Source of the DNA: an uncultured Eubacteriales bacterium
GTDB lineage: Bacteria > Bacillota > Clostridia > Christensenellales > Aristaeellaceae
Assembly: GCA_902767565.1 (NCBI GenBank)
Contig: CACXHY010000001.1
Coordinates: 166,217 to 230,216, forward strand
Reading direction: 5' to 3'
Length of the DNA: 64,000 bases
The notes beneath the pieces are model-generated. The model was not told the origin of the DNA. It saw nothing but the letters and a program-made list of their open reading frames with translations, and ran no database searches. This document shows positions 55,535 to 64,000 of the stretch, in pieces. Made by a program: the position numbers and the translations under genes. Positions within the stretch are counted from its first letter, which is position 1. Each line of letters begins with the position of its first letter.

Positions 55535-57577
55535 TCAAATTGCCGTCAGGAAAGGCGCCAGAATGGACAGCATGAGCGAAGCGATCAGCAGGATGATGGC
55601 GCCGCCCAGACGGGAAGAGATCTGCGCGAAGGGCATGAGTTCCATGCGGTCGGCGGCAGAGAGCACGGCCACATCGCCTGTGCCGCCCATGTTGGACATG
55701 CACAGACCCGCGGTGACGCCGGACTCAAAGGGATAGAAGCCGACAAACTTGCCGATGAGCGCAGCGCCGGTGAACGCGCCGATGCAGGTGGCCGCGCACA
55801 GCAGCAGGTAAGTGATGCTGAAGCTGGAGATGACGGTGGCGATTTCAAGATAGCATACGCCAATGCCCAGAAGCAGCACGTTGGTCAGGTTCTTCATGAT
55901 GAACTGGAACCACTGATAGCAGGCTACTTCGATATGTTCCGGGACGATGTTGGTGATCTTGCACACAGCCACGGTAATGATCATCCACGCGTAGGCATGC
56001 ACGGTAATGCCGGTTCCGAGTGCGTTCCAGCAGCCCTGCAGAATGTAGCCGACGGCAAAGAAGGTACCGGAGACCAGAAGGCCAATGCCGAGGTTCTTCA
56101 AATCGATCTTGTCGCGCTTCTGCTGCATTTCGGGGCTGATTTCCATTTCCTTGGGATCCATGGTGCCCGCCTGCATCAGGGCGCCGTTTCCGTTCAGTTT
56201 GCCCTTGAGGACCTTGACCAGGATGCCGGCCAGCACGATGGAGATCGCGTTGCCGATGGCCACGGCCGGCGTCATGACGGACAGAGCCTGCGCCGCAGAC
56301 ATGGAGCCGCTGCCCTCAAAGATCTTGGATAGCGGGGACGCGCCGGCGCCCATGCCGCCGCCCATGATGGGCAGGGCAATCAGCAGCAGCGCGTTCATGG
56401 GCGGATACCCCATGATGAGCGCCACGCCCATGCACAGCGCGAAGGCCAGGATCAGGCCGCCGAAGATGGCCGGGAAGTAACGGGCCGCAGCCTTCATCAG
56501 GAGCTTGCGGTTCATGCCCAGAATGGAGCCCGTGATCAGGGCCGCAATGTACCAGTCAAGGAATCCGCCGGTGGTTTTGAAGAAGGTGCCGATGTTGCTC
56601 ACCAGGTCCAGATTGCCGAAGGGAAGGAACATATTCCAGCCCTTTTTGCCCTCGTACTGCTTGGCGAGCTCGCCGGTATCCAGATACTCCTGAATCTCAG
56701 GCACGCAGTCGGCCGCTTCCACAGAAACGCTCTTGACGGCTTTGCCGCCGTCAAACTCAACCTTTACGGTGACGGGCTTGTTCTGATAGCCCTTGACGAC
56801 GGAGGTGTAGGTTTTGCCTTCTTCACGCTTGACGCTGGAATCCTTCAGGATGCCGTTGATCGCGCCGTTGACGGCCGTCACGGTCACTCCGATTGGATCC
56901 TTCTTGCCGGATGAGGCCGTGACACCCGTGTAGTAGCCGCTGAATGCCTCGCCGGTAATGTAGGCGCGGGCTGCGTCCGCCTGCGTGCCTGCCGCTTCGT
57001 CGGCTGTGATGTCCACAATGTACTCATTGGGCTCAACGACCAGCGTCTTTACCTTTCCGCCTTCGTTCCTGCCTTTGACGACATTCGCATCAACGGTGAC
57101 CCTGACGGTCACACGCTTTGTATCGGCCGCGTCGCCTTCCTTGACTTCCGGATAGGTGTATACGTACTCCCTGGCCGTGTCCGGATTGTCCTTGTCCACC
57201 TCGTTGATGAGGATGTGGTCGACGGCCTTGTCCACCAGTTCTACGGCTGCCCGGGTCTCGGTCGGCAGAGCGTACTTGGCCGTCACGCTGTTGAAAGCCG
57301 GGATCAGTCCGAAATAGACCAGCAGCGCGGAGCCGAAGATGACCACGATGGCGCCGCCGCCCAGGTAGGACTTGATGATGGGCGTATGGTCACCGATCCA
57401 GGCGAGGATCTCGCCCACGACGATCATAAAGACGAAGCAGCCAGCCATGCCGGCCGGAAGCACACCCAGATAAGTGGCCAGCAGTACCAGCACGGTGACG
57501 ATCGCGAAGATTGGCCAGGGTAGGCCGAAGAACTTCAAAGGATTCTTCTTTTTTTCCGTCGGTTTTGCGTTGCTCAT
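55535..57577 (-). CDS. 2-hydroxycarboxylate transporter (2-HCT, CitS/MleP family) with a ~230-aa extracytoplasmic insertion
   Basis: N-terminus LKFFGLPWPIFAIV...GDHTPIIKSYLGGGAIVVIFGSALLVYFGLIP and the C-terminal two-thirds match 2-HCT topology. aa ~120-350 form a non-membrane insert (VTVRVTVDANVVKG...VVKGYQNKPVTVKVEFDGGKAVKSVSVEA). Start ATG 57577 (MSNAKPTEKKK). Confidence 0.7.
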   Translation of the reverse strand: MSNAKPTEKKKNPLKFFGLPWPIFAIVTVLVLLATYLGVLPAGMAGCFVFMIVVGEILAWIGDHTPIIKSYLGGGAIVVIFGSALLVYFGLIPAFNSVTAKYALPTETRAAVELVDKAVDHILINEVDKDNPDTAREYVYTYPEVKEGDAADTKRVTVRVTVDANVVKGRNEGGKVKTLVVEPNEYIVDITADEAAGTQADAARAYITGEAFSGYYTGVTASSGKKDPIGVTVTAVNGAINGILKDSSVKREEGKTYTSVVKGYQNKPVTVKVEFDGGKAVKSVSVEAADCVPEIQEYLDTGELAKQYEGKKGWNMFLPFGNLDLVSNIGTFFKTTGGFLDWYIAALITGSILGMNRKLLMKAAARYFPAIFGGLILAFALCMGVALIMGYPPMNALLLIALPIMGGGMGAGASPLSKIFEGSGSMSAAQALSVMTPAVAIGNAISIVLAGILVKVLKGKLNGNGALMQAGTMDPKEMEISPEMQQKRDKIDLKNLGIGLLVSGTFFAVGYILQGCWNALGTGITVHAYAWMIITVAVCKITNIVPEHIEVACYQWFQFIMKNLTNVLLLGIGVCYLEIATVISSFSITYLLLCAATCIGAFTGAALIGKFVGFYPFESGVTAGLCMSNMGGTGDVAVLSAADRMELMPFAQISSRLGGAIILLIASLMLSILAPFLTAI

Positions 57578-57634
57578 GGCACAATTCCCTTTCCTCTCGT
57601 TCTGGCATGGGGGTTGGGGGATCACCTGACCGGA

Positions 57635-58804
57635 TCACAGTCTCGCCACACCGCTGTCACGGGCAGCCTGGGCGACGGCGGCGGCCACGGCCGGGCCGAT
57701 GCGCTTGTCGAAGGCCATGGGCAGGATGTAGGTTGCACTGAGTTCCTCCGGGGAGACAAGATCAGCCAGGGCGTGGGAAGCGGCCTGCTTCATGGCCTCG
57801 TTGATATCGCGGGCGCGCACGTCCAGGGCACCGCGGAACAGGCCCGGGAAGCACATCACGTTGTTGATCTGGTTGGGATGGTCGCTGCGGCCGGTGCCCA
57901 CCACCGCCGCGCCGGCGGCCAGAGCTTCATCCGGCTCGATCTCGGGCGTGGGGTTGGCCATGGGGAACACGATGGCGCCGGGGGCCATGGAACGGACCAT
58001 GTCCTGGCTGACGATGTGCGGCGCGCTGACGCCGATGAACACGTCGGAATCCTTCATGGCGTCGGCCAGCTTGCCGGAGAACTTCTCCGGGTTGGTGATC
58101 CTCGCCATCTCCTCCTGGGCAGGGTTCATCTGCTCGCCCTCGCAGAGGATGCCGAAGCGGTCCACCATCTTCAGGTGCTTCACGCCGAGGTTCATCAGAT
58201 GCTTGCCGATGGCGATGCCGGCGGAGCCCGCGCCGTTGATGACGCACTTTGCCTCGCCGATGTCCTTGCCCACCACGCGGAGGGCGTTGATCAGCGCCGC
58301 GCCGACCACGACGGCGGTGCCGTGCTGGTCATCATGGAACACGGGGATGTCGCAGATCTCCTTCAGCTTGCGCTCGATCTCGAAGCAGCGCGGTGCGGCG
58401 ATATCCTCCAGGTTGATGCCGCCGAAGGAGCCGGAGATCAGGTACACGGTCCGGACGATCTCGTCCACATCCTTGGAGCGAATACAGATGGGGAAGGCGT
58501 CCACGTCGCCGAAAGCCTTGAACAGCGCGCACTTGCCCTCCATGACGGGCATGCCCGCCTCGGGGCCGATGTCGCCCAGGCCCAGCACAGCGGTGCCATC
58601 GGTGATGACGGCCACCATGTTGTGGCGGCGGGTCAGGGTGAAGGACTTGTCATAGTCCTTCTGGATCTCCAGGCAAGGTTGGGCCACACCGGGGGTGTAG
58701 GCCAGGGACAGGTCCTCCTTGTTCCGGACGGGCACACGGGAAACGACCTCGATCTTGCCCTGCCACTCGCCGTGCAGGCGCAGGGATTCCTCTGCGTAAT
58801 TCAA
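57635..58804 (-). CDS. NAD(P)-dependent malic enzyme (bacterial short type), TTG start
   Basis: (M)[19 protein letters not shown] matches the MaeA/YtsJ N-terminus. The dinucleotide motif is [13 protein letters not shown] at 58804 sits 7 nt after a perfect AGGAGG; there is no in-frame ATG/GTG with an RBS upstream. Confidence 0.8.
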   Translation of the reverse strand: MNYAEESLRLHGEWQGKIEVVSRVPVRNKEDLSLAYTPGVAQPCLEIQKDYDKSFTLTRRHNMVAVITDGTAVLGLGDIGPEAGMPVMEGKCALFKAFGDVDAFPICIRSKDVDEIVRTVYLISGSFGGINLEDIAAPRCFEIERKLKEICDIPVFHDDQHGTAVVVGAALINALRVVGKDIGEAKCVINGAGSAGIAIGKHLMNLGVKHLKMVDRFGILCEGEQMNPAQEEMARITNPEKFSGKLADAMKDSDVFIGVSAPHIVSQDMVRSMAPGAIVFPMANPTPEIEPDEALAAGAAVVGTGRSDHPNQINNVMCFPGLFRGALDVRARDINEAMKQAASHALADLVSPEELSATYILPMAFDKRIGPAVAAAVAQAARDSGVARL

Positions 58805-59101
58805 AGGAACACCTCCTATATATTTGCTGATTCCATTGTATATGGCTTGAGCGGAAAAAGCAAGCCCATTTTCGACAAATACGAGGAATTTGCTTTGAAA
58901 CCATAAGATATGCTGCGCCTTCTTCTTCATTGCACGGACAAGGCGCAGTGCATGCCGATCCGGCAGTGCCGCTGCAGTGAGTGCCGTTTGCGGACATGGA
59001 ACATACCCGCGGCGGTCTTTTCTGCGGCGCGGGGATCCCGGCAAATCAAGAGCCCCCGCCCGCAGAACTGCGGACAGGGGCAGTTCGGCCTCGCGGCCGG
59101 A

Positions 59102-60253
59102 TCACTTGTTCAGGTAAATGAGTTCGTGGGTCTCGGGATCACGGGCAAACTGGGACAGGAATTCCCAGACCACCTCGGCCTCGGAGGGCATGAGCCAGTG
59201 GGGAGCGCCCTCGACCGCCACCAGACGGAAGGTGCAGACACCGTCCTCGTTGTAGTAGCTGCCGATGTAGTAATTCTGCTCGTCATAGTGGCGGACTTCC
59301 ATCTGGCCCAGGGTCTGGTACTGCAGGCCGGTCATGCGTTCCACGCCGTAGGCGGAATTGCGGGCCACGTTTTCCAGCAGTTCGGGGGTCATCTCCGGAG
59401 CCACGGCGCCGCTGACGGTGATCCAGTAGTTGACCTCGGGCGTGGCGATGGGCATGCTGTCGGCAGTGCCTCCGAAGAAGCAGATGGGCATGACCGCCGC
59501 GCCCAGGGCGTCGAATTTTTCCTGATCGAACGCCCAGTAGAGCTGAGAGTCGGGCTCGCAGGGAGTGTTGTCGCGCTCGTCACCGATGCCGTCGCCGTTC
59601 TTGCCGAGCGGTCCGATGCCGCCGGGGGCCGCCGCTGCGAAGAGCTCGGGATAATTGATGATCGCGTTCAGGGTCGAGACGCCGCCCTTGGAGAAGCCGG
59701 TGACGTAGATACGGCTCTCGTCGATGGAATACTCGCCGCGCACGGTGTCCAGAATGCGCGGGATCTCCTCGATCAGGATATCGCCGTTGCTGGCCCAGGG
59801 ACAGATGGTGATGAAGCCCTCACGGCCGCCCAGCTCGGCAAAGCCGTAGGTCTCCGCCAGCATGATATCGTTCTGGTTGCCGTGCAGGCAGAAGACCACC
59901 GGGAACTTGTAGTCCTCGCCGAACTCATGGCCGGTGGGCACGAACACGGACCACATATGGTCCGCATCATCCGCGTCATAGACCTTCTTGGTCAGACCCA
60001 GGGAAGCCCAGTGAGCGATGACTGCGGGATCTTCCTGGCCCGCCAGGCCATAGACGGTGAAATAGTACAGTTTCTCATACAGCATGTTGGCGGCCTTGGT
60101 CTCAATGAATTCCGTCGGCTTGTAAAGCTTGGCCTCACGGCCGGAGCCCATCAGGTAGCCGGAGAACGCGTCGTACACGGGATCAGCAGCCAGCGCGGAG
60201 ACGCAGCTCAGCATCATCGCGGCCACAAGGGCCAGAGCAAACAGTTTTTTCAT
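59102..60253 (-). CDS. secreted alpha/beta hydrolase (esterase/PHB-depolymerase-like)
   Basis: Signal peptide MKKLFALALVAAMMLSCVSALA; nucleophile elbow GFSKGG; RBS GGAAGGGGA before ATG 60253. Confidence 0.7.
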   Translation of the reverse strand: MKKLFALALVAAMMLSCVSALAADPVYDAFSGYLMGSGREAKLYKPTEFIETKAANMLYEKLYYFTVYGLAGQEDPAVIAHWASLGLTKKVYDADDADHMWSVFVPTGHEFGEDYKFPVVFCLHGNQNDIMLAETYGFAELGGREGFITICPWASNGDILIEEIPRILDTVRGEYSIDESRIYVTGFSKGGVSTLNAIINYPELFAAAAPGGIGPLGKNGDGIGDERDNTPCEPDSQLYWAFDQEKFDALGAAVMPICFFGGTADSMPIATPEVNYWITVSGAVAPEMTPELLENVARNSAYGVERMTGLQYQTLGQMEVRHYDEQNYYIGSYYNEDGVCTFRLVAVEGAPHWLMPSEAEVVWEFLSQFARDPETHELIYLNK

Positions 60254-60647
60254 GGTTCCCCTTCCTTTCATTTGCGGTCGGTCAACTGGGAAACGGGTTG
60301 CTGTGCGTTCAGCACGTTCCCGGCCGTCATATGATATGCGCAGCGTATCATCATGAGCAGAGCCGGAGCCGTGCGGGATGCCGGTGATCGGCGGGGTCCT
60401 GAAGCCCATCCGCCATGATTTGACCCGTCCGTGCGTCATATAATGCAACACGTGTCTCTTTGTTCGTGACGATCGTATCACTATATTTGTGTTATGTCAA
60501 TATGTTTTTTTCCGTTTTGAACATTTTGTGGAGGCCAGTCGATGTTCTCCCGTCTCTGTGATCCGGATCAATTGCAGACGCGTGTCTGTATTTGCAAACG
60601 GAGCGATCGTATACCCGGCCGCGGACCCTGGCGGGAGCATGCCACCA

Positions 60648-60697
60648 CAAAAAAACAGGAACGGTCCCGCGGAAACCATATCCGTCGGGACCGTTCC
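60648..60697 (-). terminator. rho-independent terminator of the esterase gene 60769..61587
   Basis: Perfect 12-bp stem GGAACGGTCCCG...CGGGACCGTTCC followed by TGTTTTTTT on the minus strand. Confidence 0.8.
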
Positions 60698-60768
60698 CGG
60701 GTGTGCTGCCGGCATATCAGGCTTGCCCTGTACTGCACATCGGCAGGATCGGATCCTTATGCCTGAGG

Positions 60769-61587
60769 TCAGACCCCTACGTTGCCGCTGTTGCGGCCCT
60801 GGCCGGTCATCTTCAGAGGCAGCCAGTCCAGCGCCCGGTGGATCTGGTCATCCCAGAGATCCCAGGTGTGGCCGCCATCGGTTTCTGCCCACGTGATATC
60901 GAAGCCCGCGTCTTCAAAGGCCTTCCTGTAGGCCCGGTTGACGTCGATCAGGCTGTCCCCGGTGCCGCACGCAAGATAGATCCTCGGGAGCTCCGCGTTC
61001 TCCCGGACAAGGCGCTCGATCAGGACCCGGGGATTGCGGTCCGAGGACACTGCCTCGTTCAGCGGGCCGAAGTTGCTCTCCTCAAAAGAGATGCGGGCCG
61101 ACCCGGCATTCTCCGCGTCCTCAAGGATATGGAGCGCTGAAGACAGGCCGATAATATGGCTGAAGGTCTCATGGTATTTCAGGCCGTTCCTGACAGCGCC
61201 GTATCCGCCCATGGACAGGCCGCCGATAAAGGTGTCCTCGCGCCGACGGGAGAGCGGGAACATCCGCCGGGTGATCTCCACCAGCTCCTCACCGATGTAC
61301 TGCCCATAACGGTCTCCCCCGGCAGGCTGGTCGAGGTAGAAATGGTTGTCCCCCGAAGGCATCACCACCGCCAGATCCCGCTCCTCCGCCCAGCGCTGGA
61401 TGCGTGTCCCGCTGACCCAGTCGCCGCAGGAGCCCAGCAGCCCGTGCAGAAGATAGAGCGTCTTGAAGGGCTTCGGCGGCGGCACGGGCGAGCCGTCAAA
61501 GCTGATCTTGTCCACCGGCAGGATCACCTGGATCGGCACCGAACGAAACAGGCACTGCGAGACAAAGCTGACCTGGATCAAAGCCAT
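60769..61587 (-). CDS. esterase family alpha/beta hydrolase (S-formylglutathione hydrolase/esterase D-like)
   Basis: GLSMGGYGA nucleophile elbow; TLYLLHGLLGS; RBS AAGGAG before ATG 61587. Confidence 0.7.
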   Translation of the reverse strand: MALIQVSFVSQCLFRSVPIQVILPVDKISFDGSPVPPPKPFKTLYLLHGLLGSCGDWVSGTRIQRWAEERDLAVVMPSGDNHFYLDQPAGGDRYGQYIGEELVEITRRMFPLSRRREDTFIGGLSMGGYGAVRNGLKYHETFSHIIGLSSALHILEDAENAGSARISFEESNFGPLNEAVSSDRNPRVLIERLVRENAELPRIYLACGTGDSLIDVNRAYRKAFEDAGFDITWAETDGGHTWDLWDDQIHRALDWLPLKMTGQGRNSGNVGV

Positions 61588-61801
61588 GGGAACGCTCCTT
61601 TCGGGACGGTCATCAACGGTTTTTGGATAGCGCTGCGGACATGAATTGACAGATCACGACCGCACGGTCCGCCGCTGTGTCCATTCTATGCAAAAACACC
61701 GGCATCGTCAAGAACGGATAAATAGCTTGCACCGCGTGTCCATTCATAGTATAATGCAGGCAGAGAAGCATGTTCCCTGACGACAGCGCGGGAGGTCAGC
61801 T

Positions 61802-62467
61802 ATGAATAACCCCGAACGGCGTGACAGACAAATGCTCTACATATCGGATGACGCGGTCTATCAGGAACAGCTGCCCGCCCGCAGGCTGACGCAGAAGCTG
61901 AACACGGCGGACCGGTCCGACTTCGCGGCCATCACGGCCATCTGCAGGGAACTGCTGCCCAATGTGGCCGAACCGTTCATCAATCCACCCTTCTACTGCG
62001 ATTACGGGACCCACATCTACTGCAAGGGCTCCTTCTTCATGAACTACAACTGCACCATCCTGGACGTGTCGAAGGTCGTCGTCGGGGACAATTTCCTCTG
62101 CGGTCCCAATGTGGCGATCTACAGCGCCAGCCATCCCCTCCACCCGGCGGTGCGCAACACGGCCTATGAGCTGGGGCTGGATGTGGTCATCGGCGATAAT
62201 GTCTGGATCGGCGGCAACAGCGTGATCTGTCCCGGGGTGACCGTCGGCAGCAACGTGGTGATCGGAGCGGGCAGCGTGGTGACCCGGGACATCCCGGACT
62301 GGTCCTTCGCCGCCGGGAACCCTGCCCGGGTCATACGCGCCATCACGGAAGAGGACTGCGCGTTCTACGCTCACCGCCGGCCCATCGATGCGGAGGCATT
62401 TGCCCATATGCAGACCATGTGGGAGGAGGCCGGGGACAGCGTCAAGTATCCGAAAGCGGATGATTGA
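61802..62467 (+). CDS. sugar O-acetyltransferase (maltose/galactoside acetyltransferase-like, left-handed beta-helix)
   Basis: Hexapeptide repeats (VVIGDNVWIGGNSVICPGVTVGSNVVIGAGSVV); RBS GGGAGG before ATG 61802. Confidence 0.8.
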   Translation: MNNPERRDRQMLYISDDAVYQEQLPARRLTQKLNTADRSDFAAITAICRELLPNVAEPFINPPFYCDYGTHIYCKGSFFMNYNCTILDVSKVVVGDNFLCGPNVAIYSASHPLHPAVRNTAYELGLDVVIGDNVWIGGNSVICPGVTVGSNVVIGAGSVVTRDIPDWSFAAGNPARVIRAITEEDCAFYAHRRPIDAEAFAHMQTMWEEAGDSVKYPKADD

Positions 62468-62670
62468 AGCTCTCGTCCGGCGGCTCCCGGTATGAACAGA
62501 GGATGCCTTCGTCCCCTCCCCTTCGGCGAAACGCAGCCCCGGTTTCGCCCGGCATCGTTTACAATAATTGCGTGATTTTACCTTTTCTTAACTTTTTTGT
62601 AAAAAGTACTTCCATTTTTCGCCTGCATCGTGTATAATGTGCACGATTGCGAAAGCAGGAGGGATCGCAT

Positions 62671-62946
62671 ATGTCCGAGGTATTCAAGACCCAGCAGTAC
62701 AGAACCACCAAGATGGAGCCCATCCCCTCCTCGGGAAATGAGGCGCAGGACATCCTGATGTATGTGTACAGCGCCCTGCAGGCAAAGGGCTACGATCCCA
62801 TCACCCAGCTGGTGGGCTATATCATCTCCGGAGATCCTACCTACATCACCAGTTATAACCAGGCCCGCAGCCTGATCTGCCGCCTGGAGCGGGACGAGAT
62901 CCTGGAGGAACTGGTGGCCTTCTACATGGAGGGACACAAGGGCTGA
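62671..62946 (+). CDS. ireB: IreB family regulatory phosphoprotein (UPF0297)
   Basis: [43 protein letters not shown] is near-identical in pattern to the IreB family; RBS AGGAGGG before ATG 62671. Confidence 0.8.
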   Translation: MSEVFKTQQYRTTKMEPIPSSGNEAQDILMYVYSALQAKGYDPITQLVGYIISGDPTYITSYNQARSLICRLERDEILEELVAFYMEGHKG

Positions 62947-62963
62947 CAGCGCGCCGAGATCCG

Positions 62964-62990
62964 ACCCGTCCGGAAACGGGCGGGTTTTTG
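62964..62990 (+). terminator. rho-independent terminator after ireB
   Basis: CCCGTCCG-gaaa-CGGGCGGG followed by TTTTTG. Confidence 0.65.
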
Positions 62991-63137
62991 TGCGCATTTT
63001 GTGACGAACACGGGAAGACGCAGCCGCGTGGGAACGATCTTCTGATTTCCGTCTCTCCTTCCCTTTTTGGTTGAGATGTGGTAGGATACAAGCTGATCAA
63101 ATGTCGGCGGAGAGCATCCGCCGGAAGAGAGGTTCAC

Positions 63138-64000
63138 ATGCAGCGATCAGACAGGCAGGCCGTGGATGCCATCCTCAACGACTATGCCGGCGGGCGGCTG
63201 ATCGACCGGATGGAAATGCCGCACCGGCCAGACAAGGAATCCGTGTACTCCCTGCTGGAGGAGCTGTTTTCCGTGCTTTTCTACGGGTATTATCCCTCCA
63301 AAGCCCGGCTGGCGGACGACCCCACCGACGCGCTGCGGATGGTGGTGGAGGAAGCCATGCTGCACATGCGGCACCTGGTGATGAGCGCCCTGCCCTGCGA
63401 TGCACGCTACGCGGCCATGTCCACCGCGGAGATCGCGGAAGAGGCCGGCGAGATCACCGAAGCGTTTTTCCGATCGATCCCCCGTGTACGCGCCCTGCTG
63501 GACACCGATCTGCAGGCGATCTTCAACGGTGATCCCGCGGCGGAAAACCGGGATGAGATCCTGCTGGCCTATCCGGGCTTCTACGCCATCACCATCTATC
63601 GCCTGGCCCATGAGCTGCAGATGCTGCAGGTGCCCATGCTGCCCCGCATCATGAGCGAGCGGGCCCACAGCCAGACCGGCATCGACATCCATCCCGGCGC
63701 AACGATCGGCCCGTCCTTTTTCATCGACCACGGCACCGGCATCGTGGTGGGCGAGACCACGGTGATCGGAGAAGGCGTCAAGCTCTATCAGGGCGTGACC
63801 CTCGGCGCGCTCTCCACCCGCGGCGGGCAGTCCCTGCGGGGAAAGCGCCGCCACCCCACCATCGGCAGCAGCGTGACGATCTACGCCGGCGCTTCCGTGC
63901 TGGGCGACACGACCATCGGCGACGGCTGCACCATCGGGTCCAACGTATTCATCACCCGGGACATCCCGGCCGACACCACGGTCACCATGCAGGATCAGGA
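63138..64000 (+). CDS. cysE: serine O-acetyltransferase (long N-terminal form), 3' end beyond the window
   Basis: The hand translation gives ...HPGATIGPSFFIDHGTGIVVGETTVIGEGVKLYQGVTLGALS...HPTIGSSVTIYAGASVLGDTTIGDGCTIGSNVFI hexapeptide repeats and a SAT N-domain. RBS GAAGAGAGG before ATG 63138. There is no stop before position 64000. Confidence 0.85.
   Translation, partial: MQRSDRQAVDAILNDYAGGRLIDRMEMPHRPDKESVYSLLEELFSVLFYGYYPSKARLADDPTDALRMVVEEAMLHMRHLVMSALPCDARYAAMSTAEIAEEAGEITEAFFRSIPRVRALLDTDLQAIFNGDPAAENRDEILLAYPGFYAITIYRLAHELQMLQVPMLPRIMSERAHSQTGIDIHPGATIGPSFFIDHGTGIVVGETTVIGEGVKLYQGVTLGALSTRGGQSLRGKRRHPTIGSSVTIYAGASVLGDTTIGDGCTIGSNVFITRDIPADTTVTMQDQ

Noticed and set aside
60542-60766. 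74-aa ORF with a good GGAGG RBS in the AT-richer intergenic region
   Set aside because: The translation is Arg/Cys-rich with no hydrophobic core. The ORF is centred on the perfect 12-bp hairpin (60658-60697) that is the rho-independent terminator of the convergent esterase gene. It is most likely non-coding.
62947-63137. Possible T-box leader upstream of cysE
   Set aside because: cysE in Firmicutes often has a T-box. Here the spacer is only ~190 nt, ~30 nt of which is the ireB terminator. I could find neither the T-box consensus (AATTAGGGTGGNACCGCG) nor a specifier/antiterminator arrangement.
1-64000. CRISPR arrays, IS elements, transposases, rRNA
   Set aside because: No regularly spaced short direct repeats, no transposase/integrase-like ORFs with terminal inverted repeats, and no rRNA-like segments were seen. 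The only tandem repeats are coding (31108-31345) or the degenerate motif at 42900-43300.

Overview
This is a 64 kb, high-GC (roughly 60-65% by eye) segment of a Firmicutes/Clostridia-type chromosome, probably Oscillospiraceae/Ruminococcaceae-like. It is gene-dense, and Shine-Dalgarno sites of the AGGAGG type precede nearly every start. I found no CRISPR array, IS element or integrase.

The window is dominated by housekeeping and metabolic genes (coordinates in the features):
- an IDH1-type isocitrate dehydrogenase;
- an OmpR-family two-component system;
- a MacB-like ABC exporter;
- an SGNH / DUF4358 / MBOAT / DHHW cell-surface O-acylation cluster;
- aminopeptidase P;
- the ylxM-ffh-rpsP-KH operon and a tRNA-Ser(CGA);
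- an M28 peptidase, glycogen synthase, nitroreductase, a GH88-like hydrolase and a DUF2264 protein;
- a LysR-associated detox-like cluster (AKR-ferredoxin fusions, flavodoxin, SDR, two MATE pumps);
- a malic enzyme with a 2-hydroxycarboxylate transporter, two esterases, IreB, and cysE (partial at the window end).

Embedded in this are several non-routine things:
1. A tight minus-strand operon (27536..32915) with its own near-consensus promoter. It encodes an SPFH/band-7 zinc-ribbon protein, a small 4-TM protein, and a 941-aa zinc-ribbon/TPR/TIR/DUF6273-like protein. This is my top candidate for an undescribed, membrane-associated TIR-based, defence-like system. It sits beside an orphan, TM-less VirD4/TraG-family ATPase operon.
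2. A compact phosphonate (2-hydroxyethylphosphonate-type) biosynthesis cluster (15465..19751). Its first gene is an unusual tri-domain fusion: LicC-like nucleotidyltransferase + HxGH cytidylyltransferase + PEP mutase.
3. An isocitrate dehydrogenase read-through fused to a DUF1292 domain, followed by a second, overlapping standalone DUF1292 gene.
4. A 2-hydroxycarboxylate transporter carrying a ~230-aa extracytoplasmic insertion.
5. An ABC transporter pair flanked by 5'-truncated remnants of an ABC exporter gene and a CstA-like membrane protein gene, plus an internally deleted AKR pseudogene.
6. A 650-bp lower-GC non-coding stretch with a thrice-repeated motif, 14-bp inverted repeats in a long structured leader, and a perfect 9-N4-9 palindromic operator in the ylxM/ffh promoter.

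Many very long ORFs in the six-frame track (up to 1074 aa) are antisense high-GC artefacts, and I rejected them.
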